NCBI GenBank assembly: GCA_040954595.2
Contig: CM082598.2
Location: 7,951,097 to 8,015,096, forward strand
DNA from: Balanoglossus misakiensis
Lineage: Eukaryota; Animalia; Hemichordata
Length of the DNA: 64,000 nt
Reading direction: 5' to 3'
Made by a program: the position numbers and the translations under genes. Each line of letters starts with the position of its first letter. Within the stretch, counting starts at the first letter, position 1. The notes beneath the pieces are model-generated. The model saw only the letters and a program-made list of their open reading frames with translations, made no database searches and was not told the DNA's origin. Shown in pieces: positions 12,654 through 24,495 of this stretch.

Positions 12654-13366
12654 ATTATTTTATAGTTTTGTCAATGCCAGTGAATTTGCAGACTTCAAAA
12701 AGTATAGGTGCGAACAATGGATCATTTCACGGTTATCGGCGCCATCTTGAACGGGCAAATGGCGGCTGTTTCGACGCATGTGGCGTCCTTTATTGTTGTT
12801 ATTAGAGCAAACAGAGCAAACACGGAAGTGTCGTCTCTTAGCAGGTCCTGCCACTTTTCGAAATTTTCCTGAAATTGGTCAACTTTTTTCCATCACAACA
12901 GGTAAATTAACTCGGAAAGTTGTATCAAATACCAAAACTTTCCAAATTTATTACTGTCATCCTTTTTTACGCGATTTATCCAACTTGTAATCGTGCTGCA
13001 GATAACACGTCATAGCACCACTGCATAGCTAAGCTGTCATGTACCACTAAATAAACACCATCTGTCGACGATCATTTTACGGGACACATTTAGATCAATC
13101 CCCGTAATTTACCAAATGTGATTGCCAAATTCTTAAATTTATTTTGTTACTAATAAAAATGAACTTAACTTTATTGTTGCTTTTGATTTACTCGTACCAA
13201 AACTTATGCCTATCATGCAGACGTCTGTAATGGACAGATCGCTCGATCAAAATTCAATCCCCAGACTATGGGACAATTAAAGATACATTTTTTTGTAATT
13301 TTGTGCTTTAGACAGGTCTGTGACTAGCTCATTAGGAAAGCCAGTGGTGATAGGTAGTCTGTCAAT

Positions 13367-14496
13367 ATGCCAGGTGGAGACCGCTGTTGCATTGAGGGTT
13401 GTTGCAATGACAGGAGATATCCGGAGAGGCAGATCTTAAGGAATCACGTTGTGGTCTTGCGATTTCACAAGTTACCAACTACTAATGAAGAACTGAGAAA
13501 GCAGTGGATCTCCAGAATTTCTAGAGGAAGGGTTGATTTTGTACCTGGACCAGGCGTTCGAGTTTGCTCCAATCATTTTGTTGATGGTGAGCCCACCAAA
13601 GCGAACCCTTACCCCTCTCTATTTCTGTCAACATCCCTGGCGAGATACCAGACTTCACCGAGAAAGAGGAGGGTATAGTAGTAGAGAAAAGATGTGACAC
13701 TAATACTAATAACAATAATCACACCAATGTATATGTAGAGCAGCCAGTTTGTGATCAACAGGACCAGAGAACTATAAAAATATGTACGGCTTCAGAACAG
13801 TTAACTAGAGATTCGGATGTTCATTTTTACACTGGGTTTAAGAATTGTGCAACTTTTGAGGGTTTTTTTTAATTACTTAGCACCCAAAGCAGCAAACATG
13901 CAATACTGGAAGGGGGAAAGCAGACAGTCAAAGAAATACCCAAAAGATACACAGTTTCAAATCCAGCTACATGTACTTTTAATAGGCCTGGTCCATCGAG
14001 AAAACTTACTTTGCCACAGGAATTGCTTCTTGTTATGATGCGTCTTCGTTTAGCTTTAGTTTCAAGATTGCTGAAGGCTTAGTTAGTTCAATTTTTATTA
14101 CATGGATCAAATTAATGAGTAGGGAACTTGGTTGGCTGATTATATGGCCAACCAAGCAAGCAATCAAAGATCATTTACCAGAATGTTTTCGACGATTTTA
14201 TCCGTAAGTAAGAAGTATTATAGACTGCACTGAAATATTTATAGAAAAGCCATCATGTTTACAGCTTCAAGCTAAATTTTGGTCAGAATACAAACATCAC
14301 TGTACTGTTAAATTCTTAGTTAGTATAACTCCAAATGGTTTAATTTCATTTATTTCTGAGGCATATGGGGGTAGGGCATCTGATAAATTTATTGTAAGAA
14401 ATAGTAAATTTTACACGCTTCTGGAACCATATGATCAATTATTAGCTGATAGGGGGTTTAAGATCAAAGATGACTTGATGGTTCAACAGTGCAGAT
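13367..14496 (+). pseudogene. THAP-domain + HTH + DDE (DDE_Tnp_4-type) transposase of ISL2EU/Harbinger type, with frameshifts and stops
   Basis: THAP: CCIEGCCN...FHKLP...RKQWISRISRG...RVCSNHFVDG...PYPSLF. Downstream frames give HFYTGF, RKLTLPQELLLVMMRLRL, LIIWP...LPECFRRFYP*VRSIIDCTEIFIEKPS...WSEYKHHCTVKFLVSITPNGLISFISEAYGGRASDKFI...DQLLADRGFKIKDDL. A possible left terminus lies near 12719. Confidence 0.88.
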
Positions 14497-14499
14497 ATA

Positions 14500-15450
14500 A
14501 GACCCCACATTTAACAAAATATATTTTTTTATTTTTTTTAATAATAAGTGTACACATCTGCATTGAACTAAATAAATAAAATAAATAAATATATACACTG
14601 AGTAAATAAACTAAGTAAATAAATGTATGCTAACTAAACCTATGCTACCTAAACTAATAAACCTAATTAACTAAATACTAAACTTATACTAATTAACTAA
14701 GAACTGACTAACTAACTAACTAACTAATTAACTAACTAACTATATACTAACTAAACTATTCAAAAGTTTGGACAAATACATGTGTACACTCACTCACTCA
14801 CTCAGACAGACAGACAGACGGACGGATGGACACACAGACAGACGGATGGACGGAGAGACAGACGGACAAACAGGTGTATCAAAATGGGTATTACTGAGGA
14901 AGGGGGGGGGGGCAGTTTGGGCCAAGACTGGTTGGGGCATTTCAGAGGACATTTCAAAATCAAATTTACTTGAGGCACCCCGAGGAAATTGTTAAGACGG
15001 GTTCTCATGTGCCATGGTTAGGGCGCTCCTTATTTTATTATCATAAGTGGGTAAACATTTCTTATCAGCGATTTCAAAATCTTGTGTCCACACATGTTAC
15101 TTGAGTTTCAAATAGGTCGGAGATCAAGTATTTTTTGGGGGTTATGAAACAAAAGTTACATGAAAAACTTGCTTGATTTCCGATCCATATATTGTATTGC
15201 AGCAATCGAGTGAACAAGCTACGCCAGTATTCTGGTCAATTTTTTTTTCTTTTTTTTCCCGCTTTTCGAACTGCCACTCGTATCTTCTTGAGAAAACCCA
15301 CAACTTGGGTTTTAAACAAAAACAATGTTGTGGAATAAACAACTACAAACACTAAGTAAAGGTCAGAAAAATTGCATCAAAACTAAAAAAAAGTATTCAA
15401 ACAAGATAAATGATTACAATCAAAGATAAAATAAAAGATTTCAAACAATT
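14500..15450. repeat. Low-complexity insertion with (AAAT)n, (TAAC)n and (GACA/GACG)n tracts, truncating the transposase
   Basis: Simple repeats at 14565-14760 and 14790-14870. GTGTACACATCTG (14548) recurs inverted at ~29753 beside a similar A-rich tract. Confidence 0.55.
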
Positions 15451-17411
15451 TGCAGATTTGCCATTCAGGCAAATACAGCCAAAGCAAGAGATGTCAAGCA
15501 AATCGAGCAACTCTTACAACAAGGTGGAAAGTACACAAGTCTGAATGTTTAACAGTGACTGATTGAATATTGATGCCATAGCATATTGGATGGTATTGTG
15601 AAATGTGTCTGTCTACAGTGTGTTTCAATGTAGCTCCTAGCAGTATTCACTTTGCGTGAATTTCTCCAGGTCTTCAACCAATTTGTCAGTCTTGTGGGTC
15701 ATTTGTGAGGTATTATGATTAACCCCTGCAACTGTCAATCCAGCAGAGGCAATGTCATTAACAATGAATTGCACATGCATAACTGACTCAGAGGGCCCAG
15801 AGGGAAAACCAGCTTCATTCAAAAACAAAGAATAGCCAGTGCCTTGGGGGTCTAAACCATGGGATTTGCAACAATAACCCTGTTGTCCCCTGATATCAAT
15901 GCATCAGTAGAAGAATTTGAAACGCTTGGTGATAAAAATGCAGCAAATATGCAACATGCAAATGAGAGTAGTACCTGTAATGACAGGAAGCCTTTTAATG
16001 GTCTAATAAAATAAACTAGCAGAAAAGTCGTAAAAACTTTCCCTTCGTTGGAGATCATACATTTTATGAAACTTTTTCTATGGATATGAAAATCGTGGTA
16101 CTTAAAGAGTGTGACAACCTATGAACAAGGATTAATCCTCACTAATACAGCCTTGAAACAGAAATGCATTAAATTTTTGATAATAACTATACTAACAGTT
16201 CTTACAAAATATGTGCTGTCTTTGGCCTGGCTACATGTTCCCTTTTGTTGAATTAAGTTTGCCACATCAAAGTCCAGCCAGCTTTGAAAGCATGGGAACA
16301 TTGTGACCCGCAGCAGGTTAGAAAGGGGGACAGATCACATCTTCGGGGGACAATATATCAGGACAGTGTTCTCCCTGGGAAAAATCATAAAGTCAGGGCT
16401 AATTTCCATAAAATTTACATAATCATAGCTTCTTTTGGACAAATTTTACCACGGCCGTTACTTATCAAGTATGCTCACATTGGCACATCGTACTTACTAA
16501 GAAAGAATATTGTCTTTTTTATACCCAGTGTAAAGTAGGCCTAGTGAAATCCTATTACTATAGTGAAAGTATTTGAAATTGACCTGGAGTTACGAAGTCC
16601 GCTCCAATAAAACACTCTGATGTTCCCACGACTTGCTATGCGCCTCAAAAACTGTGATGTTGTCATATTTTTAACGCGCTAGCAACAACCAGTATGCAGT
16701 AGTAAGAGAGACTGATAAATCGATGCTGATATGATAGCCTGTTTATTGATGTTTTAAAATGGGGTAGAAATTTTGAAGATGGCAGACGTTTAGAGGACAG
16801 AAAACGGTAAATATTCAAATGTGTCGAGCAGTTTTCAAGTGGAAGTTGGGGGCCTTCCCGCTATATACCAATATACTAGCATACGGATGGGACCTTTGAC
16901 ACAAGCCACTTCTTGTGTCAGCTGCTCGATCGCTCAAGCGGGCGGCCCAATTGTTGATTCTTTTTTGTTTATTTGTTTGTTTGTTTATTTATTTGATTGT
17001 TTGTTTCCCCAAACAGAACGCCTAATTCACCTGTGTCCTGGATGAAACACTGCCTGCCCCTGCTAAGTTCACAAGTTTTCAGTGCCGGTTGTCTTTTACA
17101 TCCCACGTACTACATGTATCTGTTTTTTTAGAAATTGGACATAATCCTAAGACAAGACATCTCAGATTTTGTGTTAATTATGATATACTGCCATTGGCGA
17201 AGAAATGTTAACGTGTATTGTTTTTGAGGGGGAAAAAAGATCAACATTCAGGATCAGATTAATCCTTTTGATAATAATTTTCTTGCAATCATACCCATCC
17301 ATATTCTAAACAAAGTCAAATAGTGCAAAGTATTTAAAAGTTTCCCTGATCCAAGTAGGCATAAATCAGGGCAGTTGACCAAGAAATTTACCTGCCCTGT
17401 GCAATTATTAC

Positions 17412-18964
17412 CGGCCCTCGGCTGCTGTTAATTTTATAAGCCTGTGCAAACGCACAGACACATGACATGACCTCCAACAAAAGTTGCTTCATCTTTTGTC
17501 ATGTTTAGCTGAGTTGTTACAATGCGCGCCCGCGCTCAGTGCGTTGCTTGTGTTACTAGGCTGTTGATGCGATTTACAGGACGCCTGTCTAAAGATAACT
17601 TGTGCACTGAATGAAATGGCAGCGCACTGCTCTTAACAGCGTGCAGAGCTGCATTGCTTCTTGGGTGATTCAAGCCGTGGAAGGTGTGAAATCACTCAAA
17701 TGTGTTCACTAATTGTCAAGAATTGAAAGGAAGTAGCAAGTTACAGTGAAAGCAAAGGTGGACGCAAAGCAAAAGTACAGGGGTGACAATCAGTCACATT
17801 GTTGCTCACTCAGGAAGAATGCGTCACAGTGACCCATGAAGATTATTCCGTTGTGATAATCCAACATTTATAGCGTCAAATGTCGCAATACCGCACGCTA
17901 GCTGAAACACTGAAAGAGAGAGCATATTTGGTAGGCAGTCATACAACATTGGCACTTTTGTTTAAGTATAAAGACAATCTGACTTTTGCCAAATATTCAG
18001 AGGGTATCAACTTCAAGGACAGAAAACGTGGACATTCCTGCCTGCTATTAAGGTTAGTGGTTAGAGGTTAGAGGTTAATGTTAGAGGTTAGATTGGGGTT
18101 AAAGATTAAGGTGCAATTGGAATAGAAGGCTGCAATGTTCAAGTGTAACTGTCCTGAAAGCAGTCATCCGAATATCTGTAGACCTGCAAGGTCCTAACCA
18201 GTAGACTGTGATAATTTGTAATTTCTAGACACAAGCAAGACATTCCTTCACTTGGTAACAGTATTGAATTTTATCATACAAGTAGTTTTTGTCTGTCTAT
18301 CAGAACTATCTTTGCTTTGTAAAATTTTAATGAAAAGTAGGAAGTTTCAGATAATAAGTTGGAAAAACAAATGGGTGGCTTAGAATCCTAAATAGGTGCT
18401 CTCTCTGTGTTTAAAACACTAATACTATCTAAAATCCCAAATGATAGAAATAAAACAATATACAGTGTTTCAGCTTTCGTGCGGCCTTGCGACATTTGAT
18501 GCAATAAATATTGGATTGTCATAACAAAATAAATCTTCATGGGTCACTGTGACACATTCTTACTGAGTGAACAACAATATGACAGATTGTCACCTCCCAC
18601 ACTTTTGCTCTGCATCCACCTTTGCTTTCACTGTAACTTGCTACTTCCTTTCAATTCTTGACAATTAGTGAACACATTTGAGTGATTTCACACCTTCCAT
18701 GGCTTGAATCACCCAAGAAGCATTGCAGCTCTGCACGCTGTCAAGAGCAGTGCGCTGCCATTTCATTCAGTGCACAAGTTATCTTTAGACAGGCGTCCTG
18801 TAAATCGCATCAACAGCCTAGTAACACAAGCAACGCACTGAGCGCATACGCGCATTGTAACAACTCAGCTAAACATGACAAAAGATGAAGCAACTTTTGT
18901 TGGAGGTCATGCTATGTGTCTGCGTGTCTGCACAGGCTTATAAAATTAACAGCAGCCGAGGGCC
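17412..18964. repeat. Long inverted repeat, ~500-bp arms (17412-17912 / 18463-18964) with ~550-bp spacer
   Basis: GGCCCTCGGCTGCTGTTAATTTTATAAGCCTGTGCA pairs with TGCACAGGCTTATAAAATTAACAGCAGCCGAGGGCC. Inner ends are GCTGAAACACTG / CAGTGTTTCAGC. Confidence 0.9.
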
Positions 18965-18971
18965 AGTAAAC

Positions 18972-19284
18972 TGCAAATGAATATGGCCGCCACCGTGAAA
19001 AAATGCTAGAAACAAGGAAAACGTTGCATTTCCCACTCTAAAAATTCATAAACAAAGCATGATCTCATCCACTACAATTATGGAAGTAAATGTACTCCGC
19101 TGGGACATTACATTTTCATTTTTGATGGCAATATTGCATGACTTTTCGATTTTCTTTAACTTTTGGCCATTTTGTCATAAATAAGTGATATTGATATACT
19201 AATATCATTTAATAGACATAATTCAAAGAATATATGGGATTATTTAAAACTTAAAATTTTTATCCAGTTGCAGCTCATGTGCCT
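18972..19284 (-). mobile_element. Truncated Kolobok-like MITE (same family as 34337-34851)
   Basis: Ends ATCCAGTTGCAGCTCATGTGCCT|TTAA. The body is a diverged reverse complement of 34350-34685. Confidence 0.65.
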
Positions 19285-20204
19285 TTAATCTAATCCTGAA
19301 TGTTGATCTTCCCCCTCCCCCCCCCAAAAAAAAAAAAAAAAATCACAGAAAAACTCAGACTCGATCACGGATATCGAAAACAGGGGAATGGCGTAAACAA
19401 AAGATCAGCTGATTGCAATCAATCCAGATACCGTACATTTCTAGTATCATATTCAAACATCAGGAAATAAATAATGAAGGTTTATTGAAAATTCATTAAG
19501 GGTTCTGCTGAAATATATCTGAAAAAGTTTTGATTTTTGTGAAATCTTGGTGAGGACTCAGGCAATATTTGCATTCATTGGCGTTCTCAGGAAAGTTCAC
19601 GTATACGAGCGCTCGAAAAGTTGCATTACATAAACAAACTCGCCCTCGATCGACCCTCTGTATCGCGTAGACAACATGACAGTGACAACTGCGGCATAAC
19701 TTTTTACGTATAACTTTTTTGACATGACTGCTTGGTACATGGTACACGGTATGTATGGTGAAAGAATGTCAAATCCAGTATCATTGAGAGGTTTGCTTTA
19801 CGTGTGGGACCGAGCCATGTTGAAAAGAGCAGATGACATGTAGAGCCGCATAAGGAAGAAAAAAAATAAACAAATCGCTAGTCAAGGTCAGATTTGTAAT
19901 TAATAAATATCGCAGTACATTGTATTTATTCTGTGTATGTTTGCATTTCTTTTTTAGCCCTTAATATGTTCGCATTGTTTGAAAGCTCCGTTATTCAGTT
20001 TGGCTGGTTCTTGAGTGTGTGGCGCGTCCACATCAAAACACGATACATTATCAGTAATAATTTACAGCTATGATGTCACAAAATTCACTTGATCAAGCTA
20101 TAATATTAAATATTTTATATCGATGTTGAGGGGCCTTAGTGATGTCCAAAAGAAGCTATGATTATGTAAATTTTATGGAAATTAGCCCCCACTCTATGAT
20201 TTTT

Positions 20205-20583
20205 CGCAGGGAGAACTCTTTCTCACACTCCTGGCACGCTGGGAGTGTGAGAACAGAGTGTGAGAACAAATTGTTCTCACACTCTCACTAAATCGAAAGC
20301 TGTATATGACGCGAGCGCTGATTGGTTGACAAAGCATTCTTTTGCTACGCGCGCTAAAAGTTATCCAATGGCGCGATGTGTATTACAGGGACAGAGACTA
20401 CAACATGCCCAAGACGACAGTTCCAGAGTCATTTATTCAATGTTTTAACGAATTTGGCTAATTTGTGACCGTGTGAGAAAAATAATCTCACACACCAAGG
20501 ACCTGCGGCTCGTGTGGGACAGAAAATCCCAAACTCGTGTGAGAAATATGATCACAGGTCCTTGGGAGTGTGAGATTCTATTA
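20205..20583. repeat. Palindrome-rich dispersed repeat (CTCACAC/GTGTGAG motifs)
   Basis: Several internal hairpins, e.g. TTCTCACACTCC...GGAGTGTGAGAA and TCTCACACACCAAGGACCTG...CAGGTCCTTGGGAGTGTGAGA. Confidence 0.55.
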
Positions 20584-20842
20584 GTCCTGATATGTTGTCC
20601 CCCGTAAATATTATTTGTCCTCCTTTATAACCTGCTGCGGGTCACAATGTCCCCATGCTTCACAGTACAATATTTTACCCACAATTCTCTACTATTTGTA
20701 TCATTGAACGTGCCAATTTAATAACTTTTTCTGTTTAATAACTTTTTCTGTTATACATTTATTTATTTTTATCTAGGAAAAGTATGTTGAGCAATTAGAG
20801 TGAAAATTTCAAAATCAAAATTAGAAGCCATAGGAATCTAGA

Positions 20843-21261
20843 TATTCATGTACTGCAAATGTCACACTTTAGGGGAAACAAGCAATGACTAACTGAGGTG
20901 GCCAGTCTCTGTTGAAAGTTAACATGTAAATTTCTATTGTACTGTCAATAGAAAAATCAATTTTTGTTTGATTAAACGGGTATTTCAAGTGTCCCTGTTT
21001 TACTTCAAACTTCTTTGTATAGCTGGTTATGCAATTGTTTGATTATTTTATAAAATTAGAATCTCCTCTCTCAATAATGCATAATTTTAAAAATAATTTG
21101 AAATGGTTATTCACAGTAAGATTTGCCTGAAAAGTACGATATCGAACTTGGTATTAGTGATCTACAATTCTCTGTTCACATGTGAACTATGCCTGGTTTG
21201 ACTGAGGATTATCTGTTGGTACAAATCAGAATGAATCATGAGATTTTTCTAGTACTGTGTG
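20843..21261 (-). repeat. Diverged inverted homologue of segment B of the 1474-bp array
   Basis: CATGTACTGCAAATGTCACACTTT...AACAAGCAATGACTAACTGAGGTGGCCAGT...TACAAATCAGAATGAATCATG...TGTGTG is reverse-complementary to ~5795-6218, with scattered substitutions and small indels. Confidence 0.92.
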
Positions 21262-22572
21262 CTTTCAAAAGCTGGCTGAAACACTGATAATATACCAATT
21301 TGCTTGTAAATTTGAGGAATTTTACCAGGTGAAATAACAATTTGTATTTTTATCTGTCTAGCTGAAGTTTGGTGATTATCATTATGCTCCATATTTGCCT
21401 TTGTACTTTTACAAATATTTTTAATCGAGGTTGAAGATATGTAACACCACAAATATGTAGATTTGTATGTATTTGATAATAAACAGAGGTCGTGATAACA
21501 TTTTTTGAGTGCGTATTTTTGATGAATTCATAAAACAAATGTGTCAAACTCCTTTTACTTAGCCTGCGTCGTACACATGTCTAATTCAAAATTCATCAAA
21601 ATTAGCTACATTTTGAGTACAAAAGGTCGGGCAAGCAAATGATTATTTTGATCCCAGGGGATAGTCAGCGGTATGCGTATGGTTTATGTTGACCATTGTA
21701 CAAATAGAGAGGCCATTCCTATGCGTCAATATTGATGCACTTATTAAGATTTTCACGTCGAATGAGTATTTTGGCGTCAAATATACATAATTTTTGCATA
21801 CACGCGACCTCTGATAAATGCAAAAATTTTTTTTAATAAACAGCGAAAATGGATGCATGACGATGCATGTAGTCTGTGACAAACGTAACATTCCATACAA
21901 AGCGTATGCTTTCATTTTTTGAGTGTCTAGCTATTACATTATATTTTCAGCGAATTTACTTGCAACACATTGCAGGATGCTACAATCTCTAGTACAAATT
22001 TGTTTGCGAAATTATGTTTGGCTTTACATTATATGACAAAAGTGAACATGTGTGCATGACTGCCAGATGCTGTTATTTTTCATTTGTCAAGTATACCAGG
22101 TCTCATTCACTGGCTCTAGAGAGGCTTTATATATTATACAGACCTGCCAATAAGTATTTACGCACCTTGACAATGAATGTTTGCTATGAAAAATTATTCA
22201 CAAAATCGATCGACTGTAACTTATTTCCGAAAATAAATAAATAACCTACGGAAGGTTTAACCCATTTTAGTCAACACAGATGTGATGGTGCACCGAATAT
22301 GACTGCATACGCGGCGAGTTTTCCGGCCAGTGAAAATTCCTAGGGTTATTGCAATGGCTGTATACTCATTTTCATTAACTTTTCGCGCCATTGTGTCCGT
22401 GGCTAATTTCCCTCTATTCATAGTTTAATCTCCACCAATCAGAGCTTTTAAATATAATTCTGATTAAAGTTTGGGGCGGGAAAATCTGCCAGATTTGCTT
22501 ATGAATATTCTGGTCGAGGTCGTCGGAGGTTGCTGCATAATTTTTGTTTGTAAACATTGAATCAATGAAATC

Positions 22573-23965
22573 ATGCCCAAAGTTCGCGAACTTCCTGAAT
22601 TTGTGAAAGGTCAAATTGAGGCACTGCATAGGCAAGGTTTGAGAAACCGAGAAATCGCAAGGCAGCTTGGAATCACCGAAAGCAGCGTCAGGTACAACAT
22701 TCGGAAACTTTTTCGAAATGGTAGCACGGACAATTTACCTCGATCTGGACGGCCAAGGCGAACAACTGAACGTGAAGAACGAATGTTGATTAGATCAAGT
22801 CTGACGGACAGATTCAAGACGGCCCGTGACCTCCGTGCTAAAATTCACAAGGATACCGGGAAAGTTTTGAGTATGAGCACAATCAAATCTCGATTGTATA
22901 GAGGAGCCAGACTCCGTGGATGTGTGGGCAAGAAAAAGCCGAAATTACAACCCCGGCAAAATGCAACGCGACTACGTTTCGCCCGGCGTTACGTCAACTG
23001 GACACCTGTTCAGTGGTCTCGGGTTGTTTAATCGGATGAGTCAAAGTTCACCGTGTTTAGAAGCAGAGGGAGAGTTTTCGTTAGACGGCGACCCGGCGAG
23101 GAGTACGAAATTGACTGTATCAGTCCCACAGTAAAGTTTGGTGGTGGCAGTGTCATGGTTTGGGGGTGTTTCTCGGCTGCAGGGGTTGGTTCACTCGTTC
23201 GAGTCGAGAACACCATGAATCGCTGGAAGTACTTAGACGTTTTACAAAACAAAATGATACCATCGGCTTTGAGACTCGTCGGGCCCGATTTTGTGTTCCA
23301 ACAGGATAATGCCCCCGTACATACTGCCTTGGATGTGAAATCATTTCTACAAAATTCCCAGGATTACGGCTATCCGTTCGACAATTTTACAACGTTGGAG
23401 TGACCAGCCTAGTCTCCTGATTTGAGCCCCATTGCGAACCTGTGGGAGTTAAAGGGACAAAGTCTCTCTCTCGCTGCCCTTTTTTCCATTAATTAATACA
23501 AGACACTGTTTGATATTCTACATGTGGATATAGAGCGAATGAACGTTCAACCACACACAACTTCCATCCCTCTTATAGACAGGAGAGTGAAAAAACTCGC
23601 CAAAATGAATAATAATTCTTTACCATTTATTCATTTTGGGCGAGTTTTTACTCTCATATCATACAATTGGGATGCAAGTTTTGTGTGGTTGATCATTGAT
23701 TCACTATATATCCACATGTACATTAACATAAACAGTGTCTTGTATCAAACATAATTAATGGGAAAAAGGGCAGCGAGAGAGAGACTTTGTCCCTTTAATC
23801 GACTTGGACGTTCATTCCCGTCCAATTCACAGCATCGACGACCTTTTTAACCGCATAGTGACATCGTGGGAACAATTTCAGCAAAATATGTGTCGGAAAC
23901 TCGTCGATACTATGCCGAATCACCAGTGAGAGATCATTAGGCGAGGGGGTGGACATACCCATTAT
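22573..23965 (+). pseudogene. Tc1-family transposase, inactivated by stops and split by a MITE
   Basis: Paired-like HTH (GLRNREIARQLGITESSV), RSGRPRRTT, WSRVV*SDESKF, PTVKFGGGSVMVWGCFS, FVFQQDNAPVH, *PA*SPDLSPIANLW. After removing 23453-23798 the frame continues ELIDLDVHSRPIHSIDDLFNRIVTSWEQF...LVDTMP...GGHTHY. TIRs not identified. Confidence 0.93.
23453..23794. mobile_element. Fully palindromic MITE with TTAA TSD (Kolobok-like, AGGG...CCCT ends)
   Basis: TTAA|AGGGACAAAGTCTCTCTCTCGCTGCCCTTTTT...AAAAAGGGCAGCGAGAGAGAGACTTTGTCCCT|TTAA. Its removal restores the Tc1 reading frame. Confidence 0.9.
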
Positions 23966-24377
23966 TTTCATTTGGTTCGATCGATTTCACCTCATGAATA
24001 TTCATGACGTTCTTTTTATTGTTGTTCCCATAGAGAATGGAACGTTTCGCTGACTCCGTCGCACATCTATTTTAACGTCCGATATTTCTCGCTCAAATTT
24101 AATCACAGATGAAAGATTTTTGTTGTATGACTGTTAATGTTATTTCTTGTGAATAGTTCCACCCTATGGTATAAGCCACGCCCCCCTTGGTTACTGTTGC
24201 TACGCCCCACAAGCTCAAAGCTTGTGGGGCATTGACCTCCATAGCTCCACAACATGGATGGGGAAACTAGATTCATTCAGCGATAGTCTGCGCAACGTTC
24301 CTGGCGATATTTCTGTATGCTACCTACCAGAGTTTAAAAACATATCCAAGAAGTCACAGGAAAAGGGTTCAATTAGG

Positions 24378-24495
24378 TATAATTCCCCCGTATTTCGAAC
24401 GAGAGTGCCTGCATCGAGGACGATAGCGGCCGTATCACCCCCGGAATGTCGTGTTCGCGACGCAGACACATGAGTGAGGAATACGGGGAAATTAT
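24378..24495. repeat. Imperfect hairpin element
   Basis: TATAATTCCCCCGTATTTCGAACGAGAGTGCCTGC pairs with GCAGACACATGAGTGAGGAATACGGGGAAATTATA. Confidence 0.7.

Larger units (their letters stand above)
16287..20662. mobile_element. ~4.4-kb region bounded by ~75-bp inverted repeats (composite non-autonomous TIR element)
   Basis: AAGCATGGGAACATTGTGACCCGCAGCAGGTTAGAAAGGGGGACA...ATATCAGGAC (16288-16364) is reverse-complementary to GTCCTGATAT...TGTCCTCCTTTATAACCTGCTGCGGGTCACAATGTCCCCATGCTT (20584-20660). Confidence 0.6.

Noticed and set aside
18051-18100. GGTTAGA repeats resembling telomeric sequence
   Set aside because: Short, degenerate 7-mer inside a repeat spacer; not a (TTAGGG)n tract.
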